This document shows, piece by piece, positions 50,524 to 63,090 of a stretch of DNA of 64,000 nucleotides (positions are counted from its first letter, which is position 1; each line of letters begins with the position of its first letter). A program made the position numbers and the translations under genes. The stretch is from Malacoraja senta (lineage: Eukaryota), in NCBI GenBank assembly GCA_038087875.1, contig CM075978.1, forward strand, positions 81,530,001 to 81,594,000, read 5' to 3'. Below the pieces are notes generated by a model, which had not been told where the DNA came from, ran no database searches, and saw only the letters and a program-made list of their open reading frames with translations.

Positions 50524-50818
50524 TTAGTTTAGCAATATAGCGTGGATACAGGCCCTATGGTCCACCGAGTCTGTGCCGACCAGCGATCACCCATACACTA
50601 ATTCTATCCTACACATAAGGGACCATTTACAGAAGCCAATTAACCTACCAACCTGCAAGTCTTTGGTATGTGGGAGGAAACCGGAGCACCTGGAGAAAAC
50701 CCACATGGTCACAGAGAGAACGTACAAACTCCGTAAGACAGAATCCGTAGTCAGGACCGAACCCGGGTCTCTGGCGCTGTACGGTAGCAGCTCTACTGCT
50801 GTAACACTGTGCCGCCCC
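50524..50818 (-). mobile_element. V-SINE
   Basis: Reverse-complemented head ggggcggcacagtg...gggttcggtcc, V-domain and tail. Confidence 0.92.
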
Positions 50819-51659
50819 AATTCTATGTCCTATCATGCAGCTTGATTGAAAATGTTGTTTATGGACAAGGATAAATATTGGCTTGCATCTATGAAGGGAA
50901 ACTATTACAAATGGGTTAGATTACAACTCTCCAATTTTGATGAGAAAATCTATCGCTTATGTATGTCACATCCTCTTCACCTGAAGATGTAATTGCAGAA
51001 ATCACACTACAGATGTCACAGTCTTGTTTAGCAATGGTGTCAGTTGTTACATCTGCGTACTGCTTCTCAGCTTTGATCACTGATTTTGATCACATTTTTA
51101 TTATTATGACTAATCTAATATCTTGGGAGTATGCTTTTATGAATTATTCTGCTTTTATGAATTATTAACTGCTGACCATTCATGTTACTTGTGTATGGCA
51201 TAAAATCGTATTACCTTATAGGTTTATAACCATCAGTTTTAATTAATGTATCTGCAGCACATCTTTCATTGGTGTTGGTGTCAAGATTTGTTCCCATGGC
51301 CACAAATTTCTATCCCCCCAGGAAAGCACCTTAGTTTAGTACTTAACAAATAACCATGGAGCATGCATTTGCATAATAAATATTGCAGAAATCATCCCGT
51401 AGATTGTTAACAATGAGGCCACAGGCTGCTTGTCAAACATCGGACGTGAGCCATTAATCTTACATTGAGCTTTGGAAAGCCAGTGGTGAAGCTCAGAAAA
51501 TGCTGATTGCAATGTAAAACTTGCCAGATCTCGTTTTCAAATGAGGTTTATTAACCTGCAAGCCAGATCTTGCCAAAAAATGTCCAAAACGGGCACTGGC
51601 AGGATTAGCCGTGTTAAAATACACGTGCTCTCAAACCATAATGAAAATATTCAGATGAA

Positions 51660-54298
51660 AATAGGAATAAATGCTGAGAAAACTCTGCAGATCCAGCAGC
51701 AGTTGTGGTGAGAAAAACAAACTACTGGAGGAACACAGCAGGTCATACAGTGTCTACGATGGGAAAAGGACAGACAACATTTCAGACGGGACCCTTCTTT
51801 ACACTGATGGGGTGATGGGAGAAGTCTGGGTAATATTGTATAATCATGCCCAGAAGACCAGAATATACAAATGAAAGAAAAATGAAGGGAGGAATGGCAA
51901 GCAAAAATGACCAGTCCTGATAGAAAAAGAAAGAATGAGCTTTCACTAACACAGAACGTGGAGGAGGGATGGGTAAAACATTAGGATAGGGTGAGACAAT
52001 TGCTTTAATGTAGCAGTTGGAAGCAAATGATACTTCTTTGTTTGTGTAATGCACTTCCAGTAGCAGGACACCTCCTCACATCCACCCCTTAACCATGTCG
52101 AGTACCAGACACCATCTTCCAAACCGTTATAGATCTTATTCCCTCGGCACTCTCAACTTCACAGCCTCCAATCTTTCCATCTACAACTCCACACTGCCCG
52201 TTTTATCTCCTCCTCTAAAGCCACAAGCAGCATTACTCAGGTAGACCGATTTTCTGCAAGTTTGTGCCCCATCAAACTCATTTAAAAAATACCTCAACTA
52301 TTCTTTGTCTCCCCTTGTCCAGTCGCATCCCACCTATATCCGGAACACCTCACACGTTCATCGCCACTTCAATACCTTCCAATTCCTAGGCCACCATCGC
52401 CTCATCTTTGCCATGGGCGTTCAGTCCCTTTACATCACCATTCCCCATCAGGAGGCTTCAGAGCCCTCCAGGTCTTCCTTAAATGGAGAGCCTATAATTT
52501 CCCCTCAACTAACACTCTTCCCTGCCTGGCAAAACCTGTCCTTGCACTCAACAACTTCTGTTTTGACATCTCATTTTCTTCAAGGCAAAGTTATTTACAT
52601 GGGCCTGAGCTATGCCTGCCTTTTTGGTGATTGCAACAAACATTCCTTGTTCCAAATATACACAGGCATCATTTCCCAACTCTTTCTCTCCTACGCCAAC
52701 AATTGCATTCGGATTGCCTCCTGCACCTGTGCAAAGCTTGTTGAATTGATCAACTTTACTATTAATTTCCAACCTGCCCTCAAATTCATTTAGACTATCT
52801 CTGACATCTCTTCCCCTTTCTTTCTCTTTCCCCATCACAGGGGGCTGACCATCTACTGACGTCCACAACAAACCCACTGACTACCACAGCTACCTTGACT
52901 ACACCTCCTCTCACCCTGCCTCTCGCGAGGTTGTTATCCCTTACTTTCAAATTTTCCATCTCCATGGCAGCTGTACCTGAGATGAGGTGCTACACGCTAA
53001 TATATCTGAGATGTTGTCCTTCTTCAGTAGGAGTGGTTTTCCCACTGCTGTGGTGGATGGAGCTTTCACCCATATCTCCTCTGTTTAAATAGTTCTGCTC
53101 ACACTTTCCCTCCCCCAGATGGAATAAGCCTAGAGTTCCCCTGGTACTCACCTATCACCTCACCAGCCTCCATATCCAATACACCAATTTCTGACATTTC
53201 CTCCACCTTCAATGTGATCCCTCCACCAGTCATATTTCCTTTCTGCTTTCTGTACAGTCCACTCTTTCCACAACCCGTTGGTTTGCTCACCACTTTCCAC
53301 CCAAACTATCCCTTCCCAGGTACATTCCCCTGCAACAGCAGATAATGTAAAACCTTCCACTATACTTCCTCATTCACTTCCATCCAAGGACACCTTCCAG
53401 ATGAGATAGGCGTGTCATTTGCACCTCTTCCGACTTCACCCACTGCATTTGGTGCTTCTGATGTGGCCTCCTCTTCAGCAGTGAAATCAAGCAAAGATCA
53501 GGCGACTGTTTTGCCGAATATTTGCGCTCGGTTCGCCAAGACCTGCTGGAGACCCATGTTTGCTGACCATTTTAACTTCCCTTTCAATTCCCATTCAAAC
53601 CTTCCTATCCTGTGCTGCCTTCATTGCCAGAGTGAGGCCATGCTCAAACTGGCAGAGCAGCCCCTAATATTCCACTTGGGTAACCTGTAATCCAACAGTA
53701 GGAACAGTAGGAAAACAATATTGAATTTTCCAATATCAAGTAATACCCCTCAACCATCCCACTTTATTTTCCCTTCCCTCTGCCATCCCCCTCCAAACAT
53801 GCATTTCTCCCACCACTGACCTCAATTCACTTATTTCCTTTCCCCCTTATCCCCAAGATCCGCATTTCCCTTTTATTCCCTCCTTTTCACCTTCCCCTGT
53901 TCCTTTCCACCCATATCCCTCCCTCTTGTTTTATATGTCGCTCCTCCTCTTCTTTTGATGACAACCTTTTGTCTCCTTTACACCCCTCGCCTTTGTCACT
54001 AAATCCACCGAGCTGCCAATGTAATCCATTCCCCCTTCCCTCACCTCTATCTGTCTATCAATTGCCAGAAGATAGACACAAATTGCTGGAGTAACTGAGC
54101 GGGACAGCAGCATCACTGGAGAAAAGGAATGGGTGACGTTTCGGATCAAGACCCTTCTTCAATTGCCAGGCTTTTCCAGGTTTCTCCGCCCGACTCCATC
54201 AGTCTGAAGAAGGGTCCCAACTCGAAACGTCATCTATCTATTCCCTCCACCGATGCTGCCTGACCCATTGTGTTCCCCCAACACTTTGCTTTTTGCAG
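51660..54298 (+). mobile_element. Degenerate PLE body (52060-54298) preceded by an inverted pLTR (~51660-52030)
   Basis: LIFAMGVQSLY..IPH, MGLSYACLF, FADHFN...HCQSEA..KL.EQ.LIF; pLTR hammerhead core at 54204-54231. Confidence 0.85.
54069..54159 (-). mobile_element. 91-bp PLE pLTR-only insert within another pLTR
   Basis: 10-bp duplication CAATTGCCAG (54059-54068, 54160-54169). Confidence 0.88.
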
Positions 54299-55197
54299 TT
54301 GAAGGGAACCGCTTGAATAGAATACAAATGAAATACCAGAAATGCTGGGAAAAATAAGGGGAAAGTGGATATCAGTTGAAGGAATAATTATGAATCAGTG
54401 GTTAAAACATAAACAGTTGATCATTTGTATGTCTGAAAAAAAGAACCATACTGGAGATTCAGAGGAAGGTAAGAAAAAGCTGCAAAGAAAATAGGTTTAG
54501 TTGTGCATCCTATGGCATTGCAAAGTAATCTCAGCAATATCACATAGGATCGACAAACATGCTGCAAATCCCACATACACTACACAGCGAATAGTGCAAA
54601 CCTCCGCAATGGAGGATCAATGTTAATTTGTATGGATGGCATTGAATAGTAATACAATGTATTTTCCCATATCTGCTTTTTATGAGCATGGTATACTGTA
54701 TTTTCCCAAAACAATAATTGTTTTGAAGGTTATCACAGAAAGAAAGGACATTTTTGACATTTTGTAATAAGAATATTTATTATCTCTGTCAAGTAATTAT
54801 ACATTTGCTTTATTTCTTTTGGACATAACAATCAAATGATTATTTTCTTATTATAAAGCAGTACTTTTTCACCAGGCATTCAAAATTAAATGTGGTCTAT
54901 TAGTTGATAACTTCTGAATGTAATGTTACTTAAAGTAATATACAGTTGGTTAATTTGAAAGGAAAGAATGTGATTTCTATGTTTCTATATAAGGTGACTA
55001 TTTTAACATTCCTGCTGAAGGCCACCAGTCCACTGTGTAAATATTGTTTTGTGAAATGTTTAATGAACATTGCTTATTTTAGAATATATCCAATGAGGCA
55101 TGTCTAATTTGAAAATCCCAATCTTGAGCAGCCAATACTCTACATTGACTATTTACCCTACCGTGCAAGATACATGTGAACAGCCAAGTAGATTAGC

Positions 55198-55330
55198 TCG
55201 AAGATAGACACAAAATGGAATAACTCAGCACAACAGGCAGCATCTCTGGGGAGAAAGAATGGGTGCTGTTTCGGATCGAGACCCTTCTTCGGACTAAGAG
55301 TCAGGGGAGAGGGAGGTATAGTAATATGGA
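55198..55330 (-). mobile_element. Short PLE pLTR fragment
   Basis: aagatagacacaaaat...ggcagcatctctgg...gtttcggatcgagacccttcttcggac. Confidence 0.85.
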
Positions 55331-56148
55331 AGGTTCTCATTTTGCTCACTCTGTTAAACAAACCACAAAGTTAAACTTTTCCAAGTGAAATAAAATTTAA
55401 AATTGCAAAAGCCTTCACTGTATTTGAGGGAAATTATTGGGAAAACAAGTTATTTTTTTCCTTTTACATTTATTACACCATTTCTGTCATTACTCAACAC
55501 ACCGAATAAATTGCTCCTTGAAGGAGATCAGAGGCCAGAGCTAAGAATTATAATGCAGTTTCCAAAGAAACCTTATGTGTGGCTCATATTTCAACCCACT
55601 GAGAATATGAAGAGTACTTTGCTCCACTTGGCAGCATCTATAATGCATTTCTTTTTAGCTGTTTACTTCCTGAATCATTACATGATACCTGCTAAGCAGT
55701 CAGACCTCTGGCAGAGCATTTGCATTAAGGTTGTGTTAAGTAACCTTCTTGATTATTTTAGTCTTGACTTGCAACGGACAGAGAAAATGGTTAACAGAGG
55801 CTTTATAAAGTTACACAAAAATTACCATCTTAATAACTTCTTGGTATAAATTGGGCACCTTAGTAAATTGGAACCCTGCCCTTTCACCCTGGTAATGGTG
55901 CAAGAATCTCGCACAGCTCTGCATAAGAGCAGAAGGAAATGGAACTAAGCAGTGGCTCCTGTCTCAATATAAATCACAAACAATAAATCGATAATTTGGT
56001 GTTCAGCACACGTCATTCTTCTGTATATAGGATTACTGGCAAATCAATCAACACTTCACCCTCTATCACCACTTAATTAAATATTGGAATATATCATAGT
56101 TCTATTTGCTTTCTTTTGCTCTGTATACCCACGCAACACAATTCTATC

Positions 56149-56239
56149 TGTCTGAAGAAGGGTCTCGACCCGAAATGTCGCCCATTCTCCAGAGATGCTG
56201 CCTCACCCGCTGAGTTACTCCAGCATTTTGTGTCTACCT
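56149..56239 (+). mobile_element. 91-bp hammerhead plus pLTR-tail insert
   Basis: 11-bp TSD ACAATTCTATC (56138-56148, 56240-56250); begins 3 nt before CTGAAGA. Confidence 0.9.
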
Positions 56240-56425
56240 ACAATTCTATCAATCTCCATTTTAAACTTTTCGATGATTTAGATTCAGAAAATGTTAGGGT
56301 AATGATTCCAGAATTTCAAAGCCGACCCAAACCAAGACAAGGCATTTACACTGCCAACATCTTTAGGTGGGTTTATTTGTGAGAAGATAAATTTAACATT
56401 ATATTGTACAAAATGTACAAAATTA

Positions 56426-56742
56426 GGGCGGCATGGTGGTGCAGCGGTCGCGTTGCTGCCTACTGCGCCAGAGACCCGGGTTCAATCCTGATTATGGGTG
56501 CTGATTGTACGAAGTTTATACATTCTCCTTGTAACCGCGTGAGTTTTCTCCAGGTGCTCCGTTTTTCTCCCACTATCCAAAGATGTGCAGTTTGTAGGTT
56601 AATTGACTTTGGTAAGAATTTGTAAATTGTCCCTAGTGGGTGTAGGCTGGTGTGAATATTGTTGGATGCGGGGATTGTTGGTCAGCGAGGACTCAGTCGG
56701 CCGAAGGGCTTGTTTCCGCGCTGTATAACTAAACTAAACTAA
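56426..56742 (+). mobile_element. V-SINE
   Basis: gggcggcatggtggtgcagcgg, gggttcaatcc, V-domain, (taaac)n. Confidence 0.92.
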
Positions 56743-56879
56743 TATTGGAAACATATGATGTTAATTATTAACAACAGTTAACAACTAAGCATTTGGAAGC
56801 ATGTGAAGCCAAAGTGATACGATTGCCACCAAACTTGGGCATCACTGAGCAGAAAGAAAGAAGAAAAGCTAAAAATTGA

Positions 56880-58170
56880 TCTCTAAATGAAAACAGAAAA
56901 ATCCTGGAGATAATCAGGAATGTAATAAGTAACCACAGAGAAAGAAACTAATGTTTTAAGTTAAAGGCCTTTCATTTGAAAGTATACATTATGTTAAAAC
57001 TGTTGAGAGGGAAGGAATGAACAAAGGTTGGGTGCAGACTGAGAGAGTTCTGGTATTGATGGTGCTGCCAAGAAGTGATCAAGGCTTATCACAGCTGATA
57101 TATGGAAAGAAAGTGTAAGGACAGGGAGCTGAATGGGGGCAGAAGAGATGAGGGAGAGAAAACAACAGTAGAACTGTGAGATGTGGAACACACAAGTTGC
57201 TAGAAATGTGAAATATGGGTTTGCTAGAATTACTCACCAGATTACATGGGATCTGTCGAGAGAGAAAAATTGTGTCGATGACTTTGTATTGGATGGTCCG
57301 TTTTGACATGTGTAGTAAAGAATAATTGTCTGAAATAGTTGAATTCTTTACTGAGTCCCAAGATCTACAAGATGTTTGGATGTAAAACAAGATGTTGTAT
57401 CTTAAGCTTGGGTTGGACTTCATTGGAACTACAGAGAAGATCATAAAAAGGTCAGAGGGCGTGTGGGTTAGAGAATTAATGTGAGAGGCAATGAAGTTTA
57501 GAGTCACCCTTGCACTGTAAGTGGAGGTTTGTTGTAAAGTAGACACTTAATCTGTGCGTTGTTTCCCCATGGTAGAGGATACTAAATTGTGAGTACCAAA
57601 TCAGTATATTAAATTGGAAGAATTCCAAGTCAATTAACTCTTCACCTAAGAGGACTATTTGGATCACTTAATAGTGAGAAGATAGAAGAAAGGGTAGATG
57701 TTACATGTCCTATGTTTGCATGAAAAAGTGTTGTAAGAAGGAAATGGTTGGTGTATATGGAGGAACGAACCAGGTTGTTGCAGAGATCGTCCTTCCAAAT
57801 GCTAGAGGGAGATGGTAGCACCATCTAATTTAAAATGATTGATTGCACAGGCAATAGGCTATTGAACACTGAGGCTGGTGGGGTGTAAGAACAGAACAAA
57901 GCTCTGGCTGCGGAAGGAAAGGTGGTGAGGTAGAAATGTGGGAAATATATTAGGTTGAGTGCTCTGTCACATGTGGTAGTGGTGAACTCTTGGGGTTGAG
58001 GAACAAGGAAGACCTCTCAGAAGCAGGAAAAGAAAGAAAGAATGGAGATGTGTTTGATGAGTGGAAGGAACAACATTTATGAGAAAGAGCGTGAATGGAT
58101 TTTGCAGGTAGAGGAAAGCTGGATAGGAATGTAATGTGCATGGCAGTGCAAGTAGAGGTGAAAGTAAAAT
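56880..58170 (-). mobile_element. Old degenerate PLE
   Basis: LYHGETTHRL (YIGET relic), DDLCNNLVRSS, and a pLTR-like end near 56890. Confidence 0.65.
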
Positions 58171-58590
58171 GAAGGGATGATTTATCTTGAATTAATATAC
58201 CACTAGTTCAGGGCCGATGGGTGTGTATAACATGATAAAAATAGGTGTTATAATAAGTTCCTCCATAGAAAGAAGTTTTTTTAATGTATCACATCAACTA
58301 TGAGTGAATTGTGCTGCTGTGGTCCCAGTGTTCAGCTTTTCCTATGCATGCATGTCCTCGACCAATGACCCTTGCAAGTCTGGTTGGTATCATTCTGCTG
58401 GATTGCTGGACTCCACATGGCATCCAGTGGTGAAGCCATGGTGATTCTTCAGTGAAGATTCTGCTGCCACTCTGATCTGATGCCAGTCAGAGATAGCAAA
58501 GGCTCGGCAGCCTTCTTAATTTGAATGGGGCTTTCTTGCCTAGATGTTAGTAGAAATAGAATACATCCCATAGACATGTTGGCTTCTGGT

Positions 58591-59138
58591 GGGTTGTTAG
58601 TAGGTTACTTACCTGAAATTGGAGAATTCAATGTTTATTTTGCTAGGTTTCAATGAACATTGAATTCTCCAATTTCAGGTAACTAATGTACTAACAACCC
58701 CCCTCCCCCTTCTTTTCACCCCTGCCCTCTTCCATGTGGCCCACCTAGAGGTGCACCCATTTCTCCCCTGCTCCCTCCCACTGTCCCCTTCCACCTATAA
58801 TTCCTTCTTCGGGCTTCACATAAAGCACTTCTAACCTGATCTCACCTTTGTCTCTTCATCTCTAGACTTTGTCCAACCATTTACATGTCAAAACCACTCT
58901 CATCTGCATCCACCTATCACTTGCCAGGTTTTGCCTTACCCCCACCTCTCTTTCAGCGTTCTCTCACCCCCCCCCCACCCCCACCCCCACCACCACCACC
59001 ACAATAGGTCTGAAGAAGGGTCATAACCTGAAATGGTGGCTATCCATGTTCTCCAGAGATTCTGCCTGATCCGCTGAGTTACTCCAGCAATTTGTCCTTT
59101 TTTTTGTAAAAAGAGCATCTGCAGTTCCTTGGGTCTCC
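58591..59138 (+). mobile_element. PLE 3' fragment with a short 5' inverted duplication
   Basis: 58591-58635 is the reverse complement of 58656-58700 (aacattgaattctccaatttcaggtaa); pLTR with degenerate hammerhead at ~59010. Confidence 0.88.
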
Positions 59139-59637
59139 ATAGTTTCCTCATGCTGGTTTATTAATCTTGCCAATGAATATGGAGGGTTTTGCAGATATTG
59201 GTACTATCTTCATAATGCCTTGGGATGCCTGCTATATGTTGTCTAGAACAAAGGAGTATGGAAGTTGAGAGATCACTGTTACTTGACAGAACAAAGTCTA
59301 TGTTTGGAAAGATGGCAAGTTTCACCCATGATACTTGCCTTTATTGAGAAGTGGTTGTGGTGACATGGAATGTGGTCCATGTTAACAACCAGTAATAAAG
59401 AATTGTATATTTAGATATGGCACCTCAATTAGTTGTTGTTCCTCTACAATATTTTAGTGATATGACATTCTTGTTATTTTTATTGTGACATTCTTGTTAT
59501 TTATATTGTGTGGAAGGGACTGTATGTCAACCTTGTAAATTACTTTAAAGATTGCTATTGATTTTAAACAATGCAATGCCATCTTGTCTTCTGATGTTAA
59601 TTTGAACATGTGGTCATGCCATTGTATGAGACAGAGA

Positions 59638-59839
59638 GGATGAGACAGTTTCTTCCCACAGGCCATCTGGACTGTAAACTCTGATCTCACCAGGGCGTAA
59701 TTACTGTTGTGTCTTTTTTTAAAATGTAAATACTGGTTCTGTTCTGTTGTTTTGCACAATCCCGCAGGCATTCCCACTTTCATTTCACGGTACATCTTGT
59801 ATGTGTATGTGACAAATAAAGTTGACTTGACTTGACTTG
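59638..59839 (+). mobile_element. Rex1/Babar 3' tail
   Basis: gacagtttcttcccacaggccatc (DSFFPQAI); tgacaaataaagttgac(ttgac)n. Confidence 0.85.
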
Positions 59840-61009
59840 TAATGTTTTGACAACAGCTTATTGTTTCAAATTAAGTTATTATTTTGGGGGTAAAAGGTTC
59901 AGTAATGCATATCTAATAGGAAGTGGGAAGATGCATACAGATCTATCAAGGCATAAGTAGATAGATATTTGGCAGGTAAAATGGTGGGAAGTTAATGCGT
60001 GAGGTGGGGGGGGGGGGTAGATAGGAATACAGAATTGAGATTAGAGTAGGATTATCCTTGGCGCTGCAGTTGTCCTGAGAGGCCCAGTAACTACTTCCGT
60101 TCATAATTAATTAATATGTTTGTGTCACCATTTTCTCAAGGGCAATTAGGAATGGGCCATAAAGTTGGCCTTTCCACTAGCATCAGTGTAACATAAATTA
60201 ATAAAACATAGAAATATAATCGGACAAAGACCTGGGAGATATCTTGGCTACATCTTATTTCAAGAAATCACTTTGGGGATACTTCCTTTGTGTGTGGTAA
60301 CAAATATATTTAACTGAGAAATATTCCTAGATGCAAGTTATCCAACAGAAAATAACTGTGATGATTTTTCTTGAAATAGCCAAATTAAAAGATCGAGTCT
60401 GTTGGCGGGATTTGTGTGTTTTTAAGCTGCACCCTGAGTGTTGCTTTTATGTGTGGCCCGCACCTTCTTAATTACGGCTCTGATTGGGACAATACACAAA
60501 AAAAATCTCTTTCAGCTGAGGTGAGTTTATTCAGGCCTTGATATTACATGTTGGAAAGTACTCTGACAGGGCCCAAAGTGATTCACTGACTCAAAACTTT
60601 TAAAGCATTTTATGGGATTTGCGTAGCAATGGTTCCATGTGGATGCCCTATAAATGGGTGTCATAATCTGACTCCTCTTATTCATTGATCAACTTTATTG
60701 CACATCTCCTGGTTTACAAACTCCCTATCTTTATCTTGGACCAGCTAACAATGCATTGCAATCTAAACACCTCCAAAAAACATATTACTGCCTCTCCTAA
60801 CCTAATCTTTAAATTACCTTCATTATGTTGGCCTAATTTCCCATCACCCTTTCCTTCCAGTTTGTCAGGCTCTTAGGTTAACTATGTTATAAACCACTTC
60901 ATTGTGGACCTTAGATGGTCTTTCTGAAACTGTAACACTTTGAAGCTGTAATGCTATATTCTGCACTCTGGTATTTCTCTCTTTGCACTACTTGTTGTAC
61001 TTGTGCATT

Positions 61010-61110
61010 TTAGTTCAGTTTTCAGTTTAGTTTTGAGATACAACATGGAAACAGGCCCTTCGGACCACCGACACTGCGCTGACCAGCAAACATCCATACA
61101 CCAGTTCTAT
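61010..61110 (-). mobile_element. V-SINE 3' end, cut by the DIRS insertion
   Basis: tttagttttgagatacaacatggaaacaggcccttcgg...ccagttctat. Confidence 0.8.
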
Positions 61111-61553
61111 TTTACTTCGGAGTCACGTGAGTGACTACGTGAAGAACCCCGCCAGTGCGCCTGCACGTCATTACGTCAGACGCCTTTACGCAAACGGACG
61201 TGAGGAGCACAGCTCCTCCAGTGGATTTGTAGTTTTTCAACTACAAGGTAAGTAGAAACTTTTTTCATGTTTTCCAGGTCCGTTTACTGTGGGTCTATGG
61301 GGATTTTTTCCACAGACGCCATGGAAAAAACGGACAGGGAGAAGAGGCGAGCGACACAGCCGACAGAAGTCGGGAAAGTCGGGAGTCTGCGGTTAGAGAC
61401 CAACCGCCTCTAAACCCCGGTACAGTCGCCAGCGGTGAGCATAGCGACTGTGGACCTGGGGCTGGTGAAAACACAGTCAGCGCCTGTCGGGCAAAAGACA
61501 AAGTTTAAATCCCAACGGCCCACGGAGGGAGTCCCAGGCAATGGAAGTAGCTC

Positions 61554-61824
61554 CAGGGCTAGATACTGCTTTCGAGCGTATTGCCCAAATAGAAAGCCTT
61601 TTACATAGGCTGTTGGAGCAAAGTTCACTCAGGGAGGAGTGTACTGAAAGCCGAGCTGCTGGAAGCAGCTCAAACAGCTCCTGGTACAGGGCTAGATACT
61701 GCTTTCGAGCGTATTGCCCAAATAGAAAGCCTTTTCCATAGGCTGTTGGAGCAAAGTTCACTCAGGAAGGAGTGTACTGTAATCCAAGCTGCAGGAGCAG
61801 CTTAACAGCACCTGGCTCAGGGCT
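61554..61824 (+). repeat. Tandem duplication (~132-bp unit, two copies) in DIRS gag
   Basis: cagggctagatactgctttcgagcg starts at 61554 and 61687; cagggct recurs at 61818. Confidence 0.95.
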
Positions 61825-62620
61825 GATGGAATGCACCCTCAGGAATGAGGAGCGTGCTACGGGTCATGAGATTTCAGACCCCGACTCTGACGGTGAGGCT
61901 GTACAAGGCGATGAACGGCAGCTGCCAGATGTTCCACCCCTGGCAGTAGGATTCGCTGCCCCGTCAGGGTCAGGAGAGCCATTAGGAGAAGAACTGGCCT
62001 CCTTAATAAATTACTTGGTTTACCATCAGCTGGAACAGATGAGACTGCAAGAAAGCAGGAGACCCCAAGTAACTGTGGGTTGCTGAAAGCAGCAGCAGTG
62101 AACCAAATTATCTGGAATCAGTTGCAGAGAATATTAAAGCTGCTGGGTTCTGGAATAACTGCTTTTACCACAATAGCAGGTAACAGCCAAGAGATGACGA
62201 AGTTGCATCAGGAAGCACTGGGGATGCTATGCAGCACCCACTTCGAGATCAATTATCTGAGGAAAGTGCTATACGGCCTACTATGAATCCGAAATTCGCA
62301 GCACTCTGCAAACCAAGTAATATACAATTACCCAACTTACTCTTTGGAGAGGATCTCGGGAGACGTATTAAAGAGTTGGAAGATGAAGCGAAAACAGGAT
62401 TGATAAAAACATCAATGGTTGCAAAGTCTGTAAAGAGGAAGTATCCTTTCAGACGTCATACGGATCCTAGACCAGGACCAAGTCGCTCATCAACGCAGGG
62501 ACGTAGCTGGCGGCCTGCAGCGGGAGTAAGGACCAGTGGTGGTGCTTCTGGGAGAATCCAGGGATCTCAGAATACTCAAATGACTCAAGAGGTAGGTGGA
62601 CCTGGTTCTCAGGGGAACAT

Positions 62621-62719
62621 AATAATAATAATAATGGATTTTATTTACGGGCGCCTTAAGGTCTCAAGGACACCATACAGAGATTTATAGAAAACATATA
62701 ATCAGAATTTAAAAAAAAA
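62621..62719 (-). mobile_element. L2-type 3' tail inserted in the DIRS element
   Basis: (aat)n-ggattttatttacgggcgcctt...ctcaaggacacc; same architecture as 18770. Confidence 0.6.
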
Positions 62720-63090
62720 TAGGTTATAAAGACCAATACATAAATCAGGGACAGAATTCCTTCCAAAAACATACTAACTGGATTAAGTCCAAAAGTTGGC
62801 GGCAGATTACGTCTCTTCTATAAACATTGGAAGAAGATTACTTCAGATGTGGTAATTCTGAATAATATACAAGGATTTCGAATTGAATTCAATCCAAATT
62901 ATGATTTGCCTGTCCAGCATGTTCCTAGCTGAACTCTCCACTTTGCGAAGTAATGGAGGTTCAAGTTGCGCTTCAAAACCCTATATATAAAAGGTGTTAT
63001 TGAAGAATCAGTCTATCAAATTCATCAATTTGGGTCAAATATATTCCCTCGATCAAAAAAGGATGGAGGATGTAGGATTATTATAGACTT

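Noticed and set aside
55403-55849. 148-aa ORF
   Set aside because: Non-ATG start, AT-rich composition, no domain or splice support.
61248-61277. 30-nt intron using the first AG
   Set aside because: Below the usual vertebrate minimum intron length; the AG at 61315 is more plausible.
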